Below, in pieces: positions 39,129-51,403 of a stretch of DNA of 64,000 nt. The position numbers were made by a program, and so were the translations under genes. Origin of the DNA: Octopus vulgaris (lineage: Eukaryota); NCBI GenBank assembly GCA_951406725.2, contig OX597831.1:80848001-80912000 (forward strand), read 5' to 3'. The notes below the pieces were generated by a model, which saw only the letters and a program-made list of their open reading frames with translations, ran no database searches and was not told the DNA's origin. The number at the start of each line of letters is the position of its first letter. Position 1 is the stretch's first letter.

Positions 39129-42100
39129 TAACGGCAAAAATATGTGGGCAAAATGGACAAAATACAAATCCCTTTTCCTTAGGGGAAAGTTTTATATTAA
39201 TTTCCCCTTCAAGTACAATAATAATAATTGGTAGTCTCTTGCACAATAAAATTTACAATCTCATTATCGAAAAATGCCATAAAAATATTCTTTCTCCTTT
39301 GGTGATGGCCGTATCCACGGAAATTTTGTGAAACAGCAATTGATGATGTCTGCTGTTTAAGGGTTAAACAAATCTATAAGGCCATCCTTTTCCACCATAA
39401 GACTAACTCGTATTCACAAAGAATACTACTTAGATCCCAATGAAAGAAATTCTTTCCCTTTTAAAGGCTACGAGTTTTGGTTAGGTGTGGAATGTTGAGG
39501 GACATGCGCAAGAGGATGGTCTCATTCTTTGCCATATACTCTCAATTCTTGACAAAACAGTAAGGAACACCGTGGACCTATTCCCAATTCATTAGAATTT
39601 TGTCCTTGATGGAATCCGAAAGTCTCCAAGTGTAATGATACCTGATTTCTTAAATAGATAGAGAGAGAGAGATACTCCTGTCGGTCAGCTTCGATTTATG
39701 ACCGGAAACGAACAACTCCGCTTGTATAACGGTGATGCTGATTTACAAAGGTACACACTAACACATCGTTTTTCTACATCGCCAAACATTAAAAGGACAA
39801 AAAAAGCAGAAAACTTGTTCAAGATTTTTTCAAAAAAAAAAAATCAGCATGAAGAAAAGAGCAAATAAATTTCCAAATATATTTTATTTTCAGTAAAAAA
39901 AAAAATTTACAGCATATATTTTTTTTGTTTCGTATGCCATGGTTTTAACTGTTTTTATATTTACCTTCATATGAAAATAATATACCTGACAAACCCACCT
40001 GCGATTTTTTTTCTTTTTTATAAATGATTAAAAGGTTGCCCTCTTCATGCACAAGGTGAGAAATTTTGAGAGGAGGGGCAAATCGACTACATCAACCCTA
40101 GTTCATGACTGGTACTTTATTTTAGCAACTCTGTGTGGATAAAAGGCCAAGTTGATCTCGGTGGGATTTGAACTCAGAACGTAAAGAACAGGAACAAATA
40201 CTGCAAAGCATTCCCCACCCCCAACGCTCTAACGAATCTGTTAATCTACCCAACTCAAAATAATAATAATAGTTTCAAATTTTGCAGGAGGGGACCAGTC
40301 GATTGCATCCACCCCAGTGTGTAACTGGTACTTAATTTACAGACCCCGAAAGGATGAAAGGCAAAATCGACCTTGGCGGAATTTGAACTCAGAACGTAAA
40401 GATGGATGAAATACTGCAAAGCATTTCGTCCAGCACATTGCCAATCCTTTCTATTATAGGCACAAGGCCTGAAATTTTTTTTTTGGGGGGGGGGGGTATA
40501 CTTGATTACCTAAGCCCCAGTACTCAACTGGTACTTATTTTATCGACCCTGAAAGGATGAAAGACAAAGTCTACCTTGGCAGAATTTGAACTCAGAACGT
40601 AATGGTGGAAGGAATGCTCAATATTTCGTTTGGCGTGCAGGTTTCTAATTTTGGCACAAGGCCTGTAATTTTGAGGGGGGGTGTATGTGTGTGTGCAAAC
40701 CAGTTGGTAGCATCTCATTAGAATGGTAATTATTATTACTATTAAAGTTGAACAAAAAAAAGTCTAAGTAAATATGAGAAGAAAGAGACGAATGAGTGGC
40801 AACAGTGTTAGGGGTTTGGGTTGAGAGAAAGATGTAGTTGACACCCTGGCCAAAAGTGAGGCATCGGGGAGGAGCATGGCACTTTATAAATGGAATGAAA
40901 TAAACGCTAATTTTGGATGAACCAATGTCTTAGAAACAACAGGAAAAAAAAAAAAAAAAAAGAAAGGGCCTCTTTAGATTCTTTGCAGCATCGAATGGCG
41001 CTAATCAGGAATGAATATACTGACCACCACCACACAGGACTGGCTATCAGTTTGTCACAAGTAAAATCCCAAAATGACCGGCTGCGTGTCTGACCTGTCG
41101 TCTAACAAGGGTGAAGTGAAGTATATATGGATGATGATGATGATGATGGGTTTCAAAGAGGACAGTCAATTAGTTGTGCCTCAAGTAGATGGAGAGTGTT
41201 CCACAGATGCTGGAAAGATGGCAGGCAAAGTAAATCCCGGAATAATTTGAACTCGGAGCATAAAAGGGACCTAACTAAATATCAACCAATTGTTACTACC
41301 AACCCATTCCACCCCACCCTGCAGGGCACTGCATCATCTGTAAGGGTGTTACCCTGACAACGCATAAGTGAGCATTCACAGACTACTCTGAGGCAGATTT
41401 CCTAAAGCTGGATGCCATTCCTGTCACCAAACCTCACCTGTTTCCAAGCAAGGAAGTATTTCCACGTGACCGGACATGTTTTCAGGGAAGAATGGAAATA
41501 AGAGACACCACTTCCTTGCAAGTGGCAGTGTCCCTTGTTCCTAGTCTGGCCATGAAAATGGGTCCAGCTACGATAACTAACTTTGGCACAAAGCCAGCAA
41601 TTTTAAAGGAACGGGAAAGTAGATTACAATGACTCCCCCCCCACCTCAATACATGACTTGTAATTTATTTTATCAACCACGAGAGGATGAAAGGCAAAGC
41701 TGACTTTGGCAGGATTTGAGCCCACAATGTAAAAAGCCAGAACAAATGCCACTTAGCATTTTGTCCAATGCTCCAACGATTCTGTCAGCATGGCCTTAAT
41801 TCTTTCTACCATAGACGAGGGGTATCACTGCCATAGTAATAATCCTTTCTATTATAGGCATGCAAGGCCTGAAATTTTTTTGGGGGAGGGTGCTAGTCGA
41901 TTACATCGCCCCCAGTGCTCAACTGGTGGTTATTTTATTGACCTTGAAAAGATGAACGGCTAAGTCAACCTTGGCAGAATTTGAGCTCAGAATGCAAGGA
42001 AGGATGAAATGTCGCTAAGCATTTTTGCCCTGTGAACTAATGATTCTGCCAGCTTGTTACAATAATAGCAATAAGAAGAACATGAAATTGTTTGTGATAA

Positions 42101-42555
42101 AAGTTGATCTCTATTACGAAACCGAGTTCTTATTGTTTATTTACTGTCATGAAAGAGTTACATTAATTTTCATAAATAAATAATAATTTGATTCTTTATT
42201 GCCCATAGGGGGAGCTAAACACAGAGGGGACAGACAAAGGGACTAAGTTGATTATATCGTCGACCCAGTGCGTAACTGGTACTTATTTAATCGACCCCGA
42301 AAGGATGAAAGGCAAAGTCGACCTCGGCAGAATTTGAACTCAGATGAAATACCGCTAAGCATTTCGTCCAGTGAGCTGACGATTCTACCAGTTTGCCGCC
42401 AATAATAATAATAATAAACGCCAGCATTTTGTTATGGGCAACCAGGGAGAACTGAACTCATGATCTGTGTCGCAGCAGGGTAACCCAATACTCTGATTTA
42501 TAATCAATTTTGCCTCAACAGTGAGCAAACGAACGAAGCTAATTAACAGCTCTTG

Positions 42556-43350
42556 TCAGACAGTTGGTGGCATGTTTCTAATGAGATTCTGGATTCTCGA
42601 CAGGATTATCTCATTGGTGCTACAACAGTTGCCAGGGCCATACGGTGGTAGAATGGTCACAGCGCCAGCCACACACAGACACTTCGGTTTGTCCCCATCC
42701 TGACCCTTTTGTTCCTGCACGGGCAAGCGATTCTTCAGCATCCATGACTTGAGCTTGTCCTTGCGTTCCGAGAGGGCTTCCTCACTCAGATGGCTCGTTT
42801 CAATGCCCATGTTGCCGCTGTCGCCAAAACCAAGCTGACTGTTCTTGCTGTTGAGGAACAGAGCATCGAGCCTGGCCTTAATTTTTTCGTAATCACTATC
42901 TTTTGGACCGTTGCCACTGTTACCAGCATCATTATCATCTTCCTGCAACACAGCCACATCGACAACAGCATGTCCTGGAATAACACAGACCCCTACACTG
43001 GTCTTGGGGGTAGAGGCGGGACTAGTAGTAGCAGAAATATCAGAAGCCTTAACTTCGGTAACGGCAGCAGCAGTAGTGTCACTCGCAGTGGTCGTGTTTG
43101 GAGTGGTGGCAGAGTCACTAGAAGTTCCAGCCACATTAGCAGCCGTGGAGGCAGCGGCATCAGAAGCAGTTGCAGGAGGGAAGTGAACGAGGATGAAGCT
43201 GGAAGTGACCGGGTCGACAGTATAGACGTGACCCACATGCTCTTGGTTGGGGCCGGTGAGCACACGGACCTTCTTGTAGATGTACTGCATCCAGTGAGCA
43301 GGGTCTTGGGTGAAAATCGGGTGGCACCTTTCCTCAACCATGGTGGTCAT
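42556..43350 (-). CDS. GEMIN6: Gem-associated protein 6 (SMN complex, Sm-like fold), 264 aa, intronless CDS
   Basis: W..YIYKKVRV...HVGHVYTVDPVTSSFILV...VIPGHAVVDV (Sm-like domain) and RKDKLKSWMLKNRLPV...LCVAGAVTILPPYGPGNCCSTNEIILSRIQNLI (Gemin6 C-terminal signature). Confidence 0.93.
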   Translation of the reverse strand: MTTMVEERCHPIFTQDPAHWMQYIYKKVRVLTGPNQEHVGHVYTVDPVTSSFILVHFPPATASDAAASTAANVAGTSSDSATTPNTTTASDTTAAAVTEVKASDISATTSPASTPKTSVGVCVIPGHAVVDVAVLQEDDNDAGNSGNGPKDSDYEKIKARLDALFLNSKNSQLGFGDSGNMGIETSHLSEEALSERKDKLKSWMLKNRLPVQEQKGQDGDKPKCLCVAGAVTILPPYGPGNCCSTNEIILSRIQNLIRNMPPTV

Positions 43351-44060
43351 TTAAGAATCAAACAAGACAAAAAGAGAAATGGAAAGAGGAGTAATAAAAA
43401 AAAAAAAAAGGGATAACAGTAACTACTACAAATAATAGGTAACTTGGGCACAAGGCCAGCAATTTTGAAGGGAGGGGAAAGTCCCTATAATTTTCTATTT
43501 TGCTTTTTTTGTTGTTTTCTTCCCCTCCTTTTCCTTCTTCAAATTCACAAATTTTCTTTGGAGTTGACGACTATGTTCATACAATTACCAGAATACGAGT
43601 CACAAGTGCACACCCTTGCTGCGAGTCCGTATGTAGGTTTCGTAAGTTCAAAGTGAATCTGTAAAAAGCTATGTATGAGTGTGAATATGTTTAAATGGTT
43701 TTAGCTATAAAAACCTGTGTGTGTGTGTGTCAATGAAAAGCTATAGTTGTGTTTGTATGGCATTTATAAGAGAGAACGTATGCACGTTTCCATATAAGGG
43801 CGTACTTGTGTCTGCAAAAGTTTTATATATCTTTGTAAGTGCATATGTATGCACTAGACATTAAAAAAAAAGCACAGGAGAGGGGAAAAATAAAGAGAAA
43901 ACAAAAAAAACAAATAGTGAAAACAAAGGACACTGCTAAAAGGTAAAACCCTCCGAAATGCTGTGATTGGTTGTTTGCTTAATCCAGTTGCTATGGTTTG
44001 ATGATGCTGTTAGAAGCAGGATGACAGCAGACCGTTCTCTGCACAACAGTGGGGAATCGG

Positions 44061-44274
44061 TTACCGAGACAGGTTGAAGGTGTGGAAGTTCTTGTATTTC
44101 TTTATCAAGTCGCACTTGGTGATGAGCTGTTTACGAAGCACCTCAATGTGTTTCATCTGCTCTTCCCGTGTGTGCTGGATGCCCGGCATTTTGTCCACAA
44201 TCTCGCGGCCCCGTTGAAGCCGGTTCTTCAAGTCTGTCACTTTCTGGGGCACATCGTGGGAATCTTTTTCAATG
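44061..44274 (-). CDS. MED9: Mediator subunit 9, coding exon 2
   Basis: Acceptor tttctctcttcatcttcag|C. Encodes (S)IEKDSHDVPQKVTDLKNRLQRGREIVDKMPGIQHTREEQMKHIEVLRKQLITKCDLIKKYKNFHTFNLSR*, matching the Med9 pattern DKDS...MPGI....EQ....L..Q...K..L..KYK. Confidence 0.9.
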
Positions 44275-47200
44275 CTGAAGATGAAGAGAGAAAGTATAAA
44301 AGACAGAGAGAAATGGAAAGAAAAAAATCAGACATTCCCATTTTTTAATAACGAGAGCTTCAAAATAATTGCATTCTTCATTATAATGTAAGAAATCATC
44401 ATCATCGTCCTCACTTAACGCCTGCTTTCCATGCTGGCATGGGTTGGATGGTCTGAGAACTGGCAAATCAGAAGGCTGCACCAGACTTCAATCTAATCTG
44501 GCAATGTTTCTACAGCTGGATGCCCTTCCTAAAGACCAACCACTCCAAAAGTGGGTGCTTTTTATGTGCCACCAGCACGGGAGCCAGTCAGGGGACACTG
44601 GCATCAACCACGTTTGGATCGTGCCTTTTACGTGCCACCAGCATGGGAACCATACTGTCAAGTAGGAAAGCAAGCAAACCTAATAAAAACAGCCTATAAT
44701 TACCCTGGCAAGATAGTTATAGCTATCTGCTCCATATTAATTCATTAGCATATAAATTGGCCAGATATAGTCTCTCACACTTATCCTACAATGGCATTCA
44801 AAAAAATAAACAAGATCTTGAAGGTATGAGATAATACATAATTAATTGAAAACATTGAAAATAAATGTTTACATATTCGACAGAGTAATCTCAATATCAA
44901 AAAAGGTAAAATTCCCCTTTGGCTATGAACAAGTCCAGGCAAGGTTGTTTTATGGAAGACCAGATGTTGGCCATGCATAACAGCCTCCCCTTCTACATTC
45001 CACTGATGTTATCCAAGGGAAAAAAGGCAAAAGCCGAGTGGCATCACAACTCATTTCTACAGCTGAGTGAACTGGAGCAACGTGAAATAAAGGGTCTTGC
45101 TCACAAGCACAATACGCAATCCGGTCTGGGAATCGAACTCACTACCTCAGGATTGTGAGTCTGACTCTCTAACCACTGAATCATGCAACTTCAGTCAATG
45201 CTAAACAGTTAATAAAGATGTTGACAACATAATACATGTTCTCAGGAATTCTCAAACCTGTACACACCTGTTAGCTGTCGTTTATATAGGTCAGAGCAAA
45301 TGCAGTAAAGGTAGAAAAAAAAAAAGAATTAAAAAAAAAAAGGTGGGACAAAAAAAAGAAAAAAAGAATTAAAAAAAAAGACTTGGGGTGGGACAGCATC
45401 TTGAAAAATGTAGCAAGCACTGTCACTTATCAAACAGTCTTGTAACATTGAGACCATCTTATCCATACGGAATCTACAGAATACTTAAAACTGTTTCTAT
45501 GACAACTGCATGTTGGTGAGGAAATCTTGGATTATTGGGGATAGAGTAAATAAATAAATAAATCAGGTGAGATTTACATATGTGTGGTAAGTAGGGTGCT
45601 TACGAACTACATGGTTCTGGGTTCAGTCCCACTGCGTGGCACCCTGGGTAAGTGTCTTCTACTATAGCCTCGAGCCAACCAAAGCCTTGAGTGGATTTGG
45701 TAGACGGAAACTGAAAGAAGCCCGTCGTATATATGTATGTGTGTCTGTGAGTCCCCCCAACATCGCTTGACAACCGATGCTGGTGTGTTTACGTCCCAGT
45801 AACTTAGCGGTTCGGCAAAAAAGAGACCGATAGAATAAGTCCTGGGGTCGATTTGCTCAACTAAAGACGGTGCTCCAGCATGGCCACAGTCAAAATGACA
45901 GAAACAAGTAAAAGAGAGATACAGCTATAGAGCTGGAAAGTAAACCGATTCAATGCCGTTTTCATAAAGTTTATCTGTGGAGGTAATTTACATGTGAAGG
46001 GAGATAATTCGATAAAACCAAGTTCTGTGATTTAATAATTGGCTTAAATTCACCCCCCAGTTTCGCTTCACGGTTGTGACGACTCCCCATTGAAGGGGCC
46101 GCAAAGAGTCTTAAATGAAGATTGAAGATAAACGCTGACAGATTACAATTTCTTCTACTTTGCTACCATAATTTCATTTTAAACAACTTTGTATAAAAAC
46201 AAATTGTGGTTTAGCTCAGAGTCAGACCCAATAAAAGAAACTGATGAACAAAAACTGTTCTCTCCGTAAGCAATCTACTTTTTTTTTTTTTTTTTTCAAT
46301 CCTAGTGTATCAAGGACTACATTGTCCAATGTATTTTTCCTTCTGAAGACAATAGAATGTGATTTGAGGCAACAAATTTAGGTTTTCTTTTCTAACCGAC
46401 ATAGAGATTTCTTTGAGCAGTTTGCCAATTGCTTATCTACACTGGTGAAGATTTCTCAAGGAAACAATCGACATCCTGGAATTTAAACCCCAAAAGGGAA
46501 AATAAACTAGCCAACTCCTTCATGCACGCAAAATTACTATTAAAAAGAAAAACCAGAAAGCAAAAAATAAAATTCCATGTCGTGATACTATAATGGAAAA
46601 AGAAGATATATATAAACGGGCCGGACATAGTTAAAATACTTAAAAGCATTAAGAAAACACCATGTTTGATGTTAACATGTTCAATATTATGACAACTAAA
46701 CATCAATTATCTACATAATTCCTCATCTCTTAAGTATTAACTAAACCTCAGTTTGAAAGAAAATTTTAAAAATTAAAAATTCTGACTCTTTAAATAATGC
46801 ACATTTTGGCCTGTGTGAAAGCAGTTGACCCACATCCCCCCCACCTCCAGTCTCAAAATGTTCTAATCAGAAGCTTTAAACTCTAGGAAATTACTAAACT
46901 TAGCTATCAACCGAATCAGATCAGCTCAGTCAGTGGTTAATAAATATTTTGTTGACCTACAGTGGCATGTGTAAAAAGATTTGAGCGAGGTCATTGCCAG
47001 TACCACCTGACTGGCCCCTGTGCCGGTGGCACGTAAAAAGCACCCACTACACTCTCGGAGTGGTTGGCATTAGGAAGGGCATCCAGCAGTAGAAACTCTG
47101 CCAGATCAAGATTGGAGCCTGGTGCAGCCATCTGGTTCGCTAGTCCTCCGTCAAATCGTCCAACCCATGCTAGCATGGAAAGCGGATGTTAAACGATGAT

Positions 47201-49139
47201 GATGATGACTACTAATTTCAAATCTTCAATCACCAAAGCAATACACAAGATGTACTGAAGCCATTGAGGATGCCTATACATGGTCACTCAACCTGCTAGA
47301 AATAGTCAGATTCCTTTAAATCGCTCTCATCCGCCTGAGAAAAAGATATTTCATGTGGTACTGGATTTCCTGTATAAAGGAAAAATACGAGATGGTTATA
47401 GTTGGATTGTCTTTGATCATCAGGAATTACTTGACAGGACATCGTTTCTCCTGCTTTTTCAATTGATACTACAATTACTGGTGCTTTTTGAGTTAGTGAG
47501 TTAGATATGCCAGTGTTTGTCTGATATAAACGGCCTTGTTGCAGTTTATGAAATTTTCCATCTAAATAAAAACCAACTGAAACATGCAGATTGGGTTTAA
47601 TTCAACATTTTATCAACTCACTGCAAGAATTCCTCATCGTCGTTTAACGTTCGCTTTCCATGCTGGCATGGGTTGGATGGTTTGACTGAGGTCTGGAGAG
47701 CCAGTGGCCGCACCAGGCTCATCTGATCTGGCAATGTTTCTGCAGCTGAATGCCCTTCCTAACACCAATCACTCCCAGAGTGTAGTGGGTGCATTTTACG
47801 TGCCACCTGCACAGGAGCCAGTCAGGGTGATCTGGCATCAACCACATTCAGATGATGCATTTTACGTGCCACCGGAACGGGAGCCAGTCATATACACATA
47901 CACACAATCATCACTTTTATAAGCATTTTTTCCATGCTGGCATGGGTTGGACAAGGGTTATAGTCAGATGTACATTCAGTCATGCTTACACACACACACA
48001 CACACATCATTTGTTTCAAGATAAAAAATAGCCATCTATGTATCATACTCTGATACATGGATATTTTAAATTTAATATCCTGTCAATTGCATATAACAGA
48101 TTTTTAATTAAAATTACACTAAATATACCTAATAAGTAGACAAACCTAAGTTAGGTTTGTTTATTTATCAAGTATGTGTATGTCACCTGAAATGTTGGAA
48201 ATAGCAGCCAAATCTCTCCCAATTCTCACACAACCATCTCAAATGATGAAGAATACGTGTTCCTTCACAAGCAGGGTAGTCCTTGACAAACAGTAACACG
48301 GCATAGGGATGAGTGGAAAGCCACGGCCTACTCTGTCAAGACCGAAAAAGGGTTTAACAGGTAAATACTTAAACGTATGCCATTAATCCAAAGACAACTA
48401 CCTGTGATTTGTAAATGTCATTTAGCAATGGAACAATCTGGAATGCTTTATCCAATGACTATTTGTCAATAATCATTAGTGGCATACCCATACAAGTGCC
48501 CCACTCCCAGCGAATTTGTTTTCTTATAGCTTTCAGAAAAATGGGTATTTCTTTTTAATGAAATTTTCTGCAAATATGCTTCAGATGGTGTAGATTCTAA
48601 TATAAAAGTTTTCGGTGCTGAGGAGAGGAGTTTCGGAAAATTCACACGAGTCCGGTTTTGTTTCCTTAAAACTTACAGAAAAAAAGAGTATTTTTGGCAT
48701 TCCTTCTTTATAACTCGACAAAATCAGAACATTTCATTTTGGGTATTTCCGTGGAAGCAAATGAGAGTTGGATTCTGTTTTCTGCTTGGAAATTTGAGGA
48801 TTTTACATACACACATGAAACAGGGAAGGACAAATATGCAAGGCTTTTTTTTTTTTTTTTTCTTCAAGTTTAAAACGAGACATTGCTGGCATAATTTCGT
48901 TCTATCTCTACTCCACAACCGACAGAAATACCCGAAGTGTAATGTTTTGATGTTTTCAAGTTATATCGAAGGAATGCCGTATTTTTTGGGATGAAAATTT
49001 CCACAAATATCTTTCAGATGATGAATATTACAATAATGTCCGAACCACTGGGGACGCATAGCTGCATACATCACAATTTGATTTTCCCAAAGTTTAAACT
49101 TTCATTTCGTAGACATATGGGACATGCGTTTGCGTGTAT

Positions 49140-49630
49140 ATAATCGGAATCTACTCAGTCTGAAGCGTACAGAATTGAATCGAACCAGTTTCAGCTCACG
49201 AGCTGAGGCCATGATGGGGCACCATCATTTGGTGTTGTTACATAAATTTTACTTCACCAATTCATTTTAGAAGTTGACATTTGGTGCATAAGGGAGTTTG
49301 ACGCCTCTGCCCTCATTTGCCCTTCCTGCTGTAAAGTTGGTTCATCTGGGTCTCCTGACAGAACTAGTTTCGTTTCGAAGATACCTACATCCACCCCATG
49401 CAGGTCTCTCAGGTTCTTCGGGAAGATATTGAAGAGCTGTGGGCCTTCAAAACCGAGGCTGTTGTCCTATATTTTGATGGCAAAGATGGAGTCTTTGGCA
49501 CTATGCAGTGGCGCCTTGTTCTAGCGTTAGTGTAACTCTCAATGCTAAAGTTTGGAACAAGTCCCTCCAGGATCTTCCAGATGTATATTACAGCATATCT
49601 TTCCTGCCTACGATCCAGGAATTAGTCTCA
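49140..49630 (-). mobile_element. CR1-group LINE 3' fragment in the MED9 intron
   Basis: RRQERYAVIYIWKILEGLVPNF motif on the minus strand. Confidence 0.75.
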
Positions 49631-49870
49631 ATCTCTCGAGTCTGATTTGTAAAAAATTTCATTAAAAAATAGACAATTTTTCTTCTTTCTTCGAAAACTA
49701 AGAGTTAAATGAGATGTGCGTTTTGAATTAATTGGTTTTGAGTTCTTATTGGTTGTGTGATTCGAGTTGTATGTATAATGTAACATGTGGTTTGAATTCC
49801 TATATAATATAACCACATGTGGTTAGAGTTCTCTTATAATTTGTATAAATCGAGTTATCTACATGAAATA

Positions 49871-50040
49871 GGTATTACTTGAGAAAAGTAGTTAGTCGTG
49901 AGTAGTCGATCCTACAATGACCACCACCTAGAAAAGTAAATAATTTTTGTTAAAGTAAATAAAACACAAATTCAGGATCGACTAGTCATGACTAGCTAGC
50001 GCGGATGCGCGCACAGGGACCACTTTTCTCAAGTAGAACC
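49871..50040. mobile_element. MITE (170 bp) with GG..CC termini and a 9-bp TSD (Merlin/MULE-like), in the MED9 intron
   Basis: CATGAAATA|GGTATTACTTGAGAAAAGT ... ACTTTTCTCAAGTAGAACC|CATGAAATA. Confidence 0.8.
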
Positions 50041-50479
50041 CATGAAATACGTTAAAAAACGCAGAAATTATAAATCAATAACACATTGGCAAAAAAAAAA
50101 CAATTTATTTAAGTGAACACAAAATAACAGAAAACCAGACAGAACATAAATAGGGCATTCTTTCGATATGGGTCCCAGGATCGATATTCCAAGTTGAAAC
50201 AAGATTTTATAAAAAGGAAGATATTTCGACACAATTCTGGAAGGATCGAATAAAAACAGATTTCCACCGGTCGTCTTAAAAATAATTTATAATTACAAAA
50301 TTAATGAAGGCAAGAAATTAATTAATTAAACACAAAAAAAAACCGTTAAATAAACAAGAAATTGTCTTTTGTTCCTATTTTTTTCTTTTTTTTTTTGTGG
50401 TTTTGTCAAGAAAGTAAAAACGGAAGAAAGGTTAGAAAGAAGAAAGGAACAAAAGGGGCCAATATTTGTGGTTTTTTAC

Positions 50480-50541
50480 CTTCGAATGATTTCGTAAATG
50501 ATTTGAAGGAAACTCAGGTCGTTCTCCACATTTTTCGCCAT
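50480..50541 (-). CDS. MED9: Mediator subunit 9, coding exon 1
   Basis: ATG at 50541 encodes MAKNVENDLSFLQIIYEIIR, ending at donor AG|GTAAAA. The phase-2 junction (AG+C=Ser) joins exon 2 in frame: 62+214=276 nt, 91 aa, 6.2-kb intron. Confidence 0.88.
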
Positions 50542-50582
50542 CTTAGACAGGAAGAGGAAGTCGCGTTAAGCACGTGACCTGC
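50535..50582 (-). promoter_or_regulatory. Putative MED9 housekeeping core promoter
   Basis: Minus strand GGTCACGTG (E-box, CACGTG at 50571-50576), CTTCCTCTTCCTG (ETS or pyrimidine-initiator-like) and AAGATGGCG (YY1-type motif overlapping the ATG). Confidence 0.55.
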
Positions 50583-51339
50583 TGGACTGGGGATTGACGG
50601 AGGAGGAGGAGGAGTGATAGTAGTGGTAGTGAGGAACAAAGGGAAATAACGGGAGGAGGAGGAGGTGAGGGTTAATAGCGACAGACGTTGGGATTGAGGA
50701 AGAGGGAGGGAGGAGGAGTAGTGACAGGAGATGGTGAAGGCGGCGGTGAGCTGGCGGAGACGTTGGCGCCGCGCCGGGCGAAATGCGTAGCAGTATTTCG
50801 TCTGCCGTTACGTTCCGAGTTCGAATTCCGCCGAGGTCGACTTTGCCTTTCATCCTTTCGGGGGGTCGATAAATTAAGTACCAGTTACGCACTGGGGTCG
50901 ATATAATCAACTTAATCCGTTTGTCCCCTCTGTGTTTATCCCCTTGTGGGTAATAAAGAAATAGGCATTTAGGTGACAGAGAAAGAGAGAAGTAAAGGTG
51001 GAGGACTGGCAATAATTGGGGGGGGGGGGAAGAAGGAGTGCAAATAATGAGAGGGAAAGAAGAAACAGAGGGAGAGAGAGAGAAAGAGTAAGGTTGATAG
51101 AAAGAGAGCGACATAGAAAGAGTGGCAATTACAGAAAGAAGGGAAGGGGAGGAATGTTGAAAGTGACAAGATAGATGAGAAGAGAGAGAGAGAGAGAGAG
51201 AGGAAAGAGACAGTGAAGGGGAAGAGAGAGAAAGATAGAAAGGCAAGAGACAGAGGAGAATAAGAGATAGAGGGGAAAGATAGAGAGGGAGAGATAGAAA
51301 GAAAAGACAGAGAAAGAGTGGTGTATTAACAGTAACAGA

Positions 51340-51403
<64 letters not shown>

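Noticed and set aside
42790-43416. 208-aa plus-strand ORF and other ORFs overlapping GEMIN6
   Set aside because: Antisense or alternative-frame shadows of the GEMIN6 CDS.
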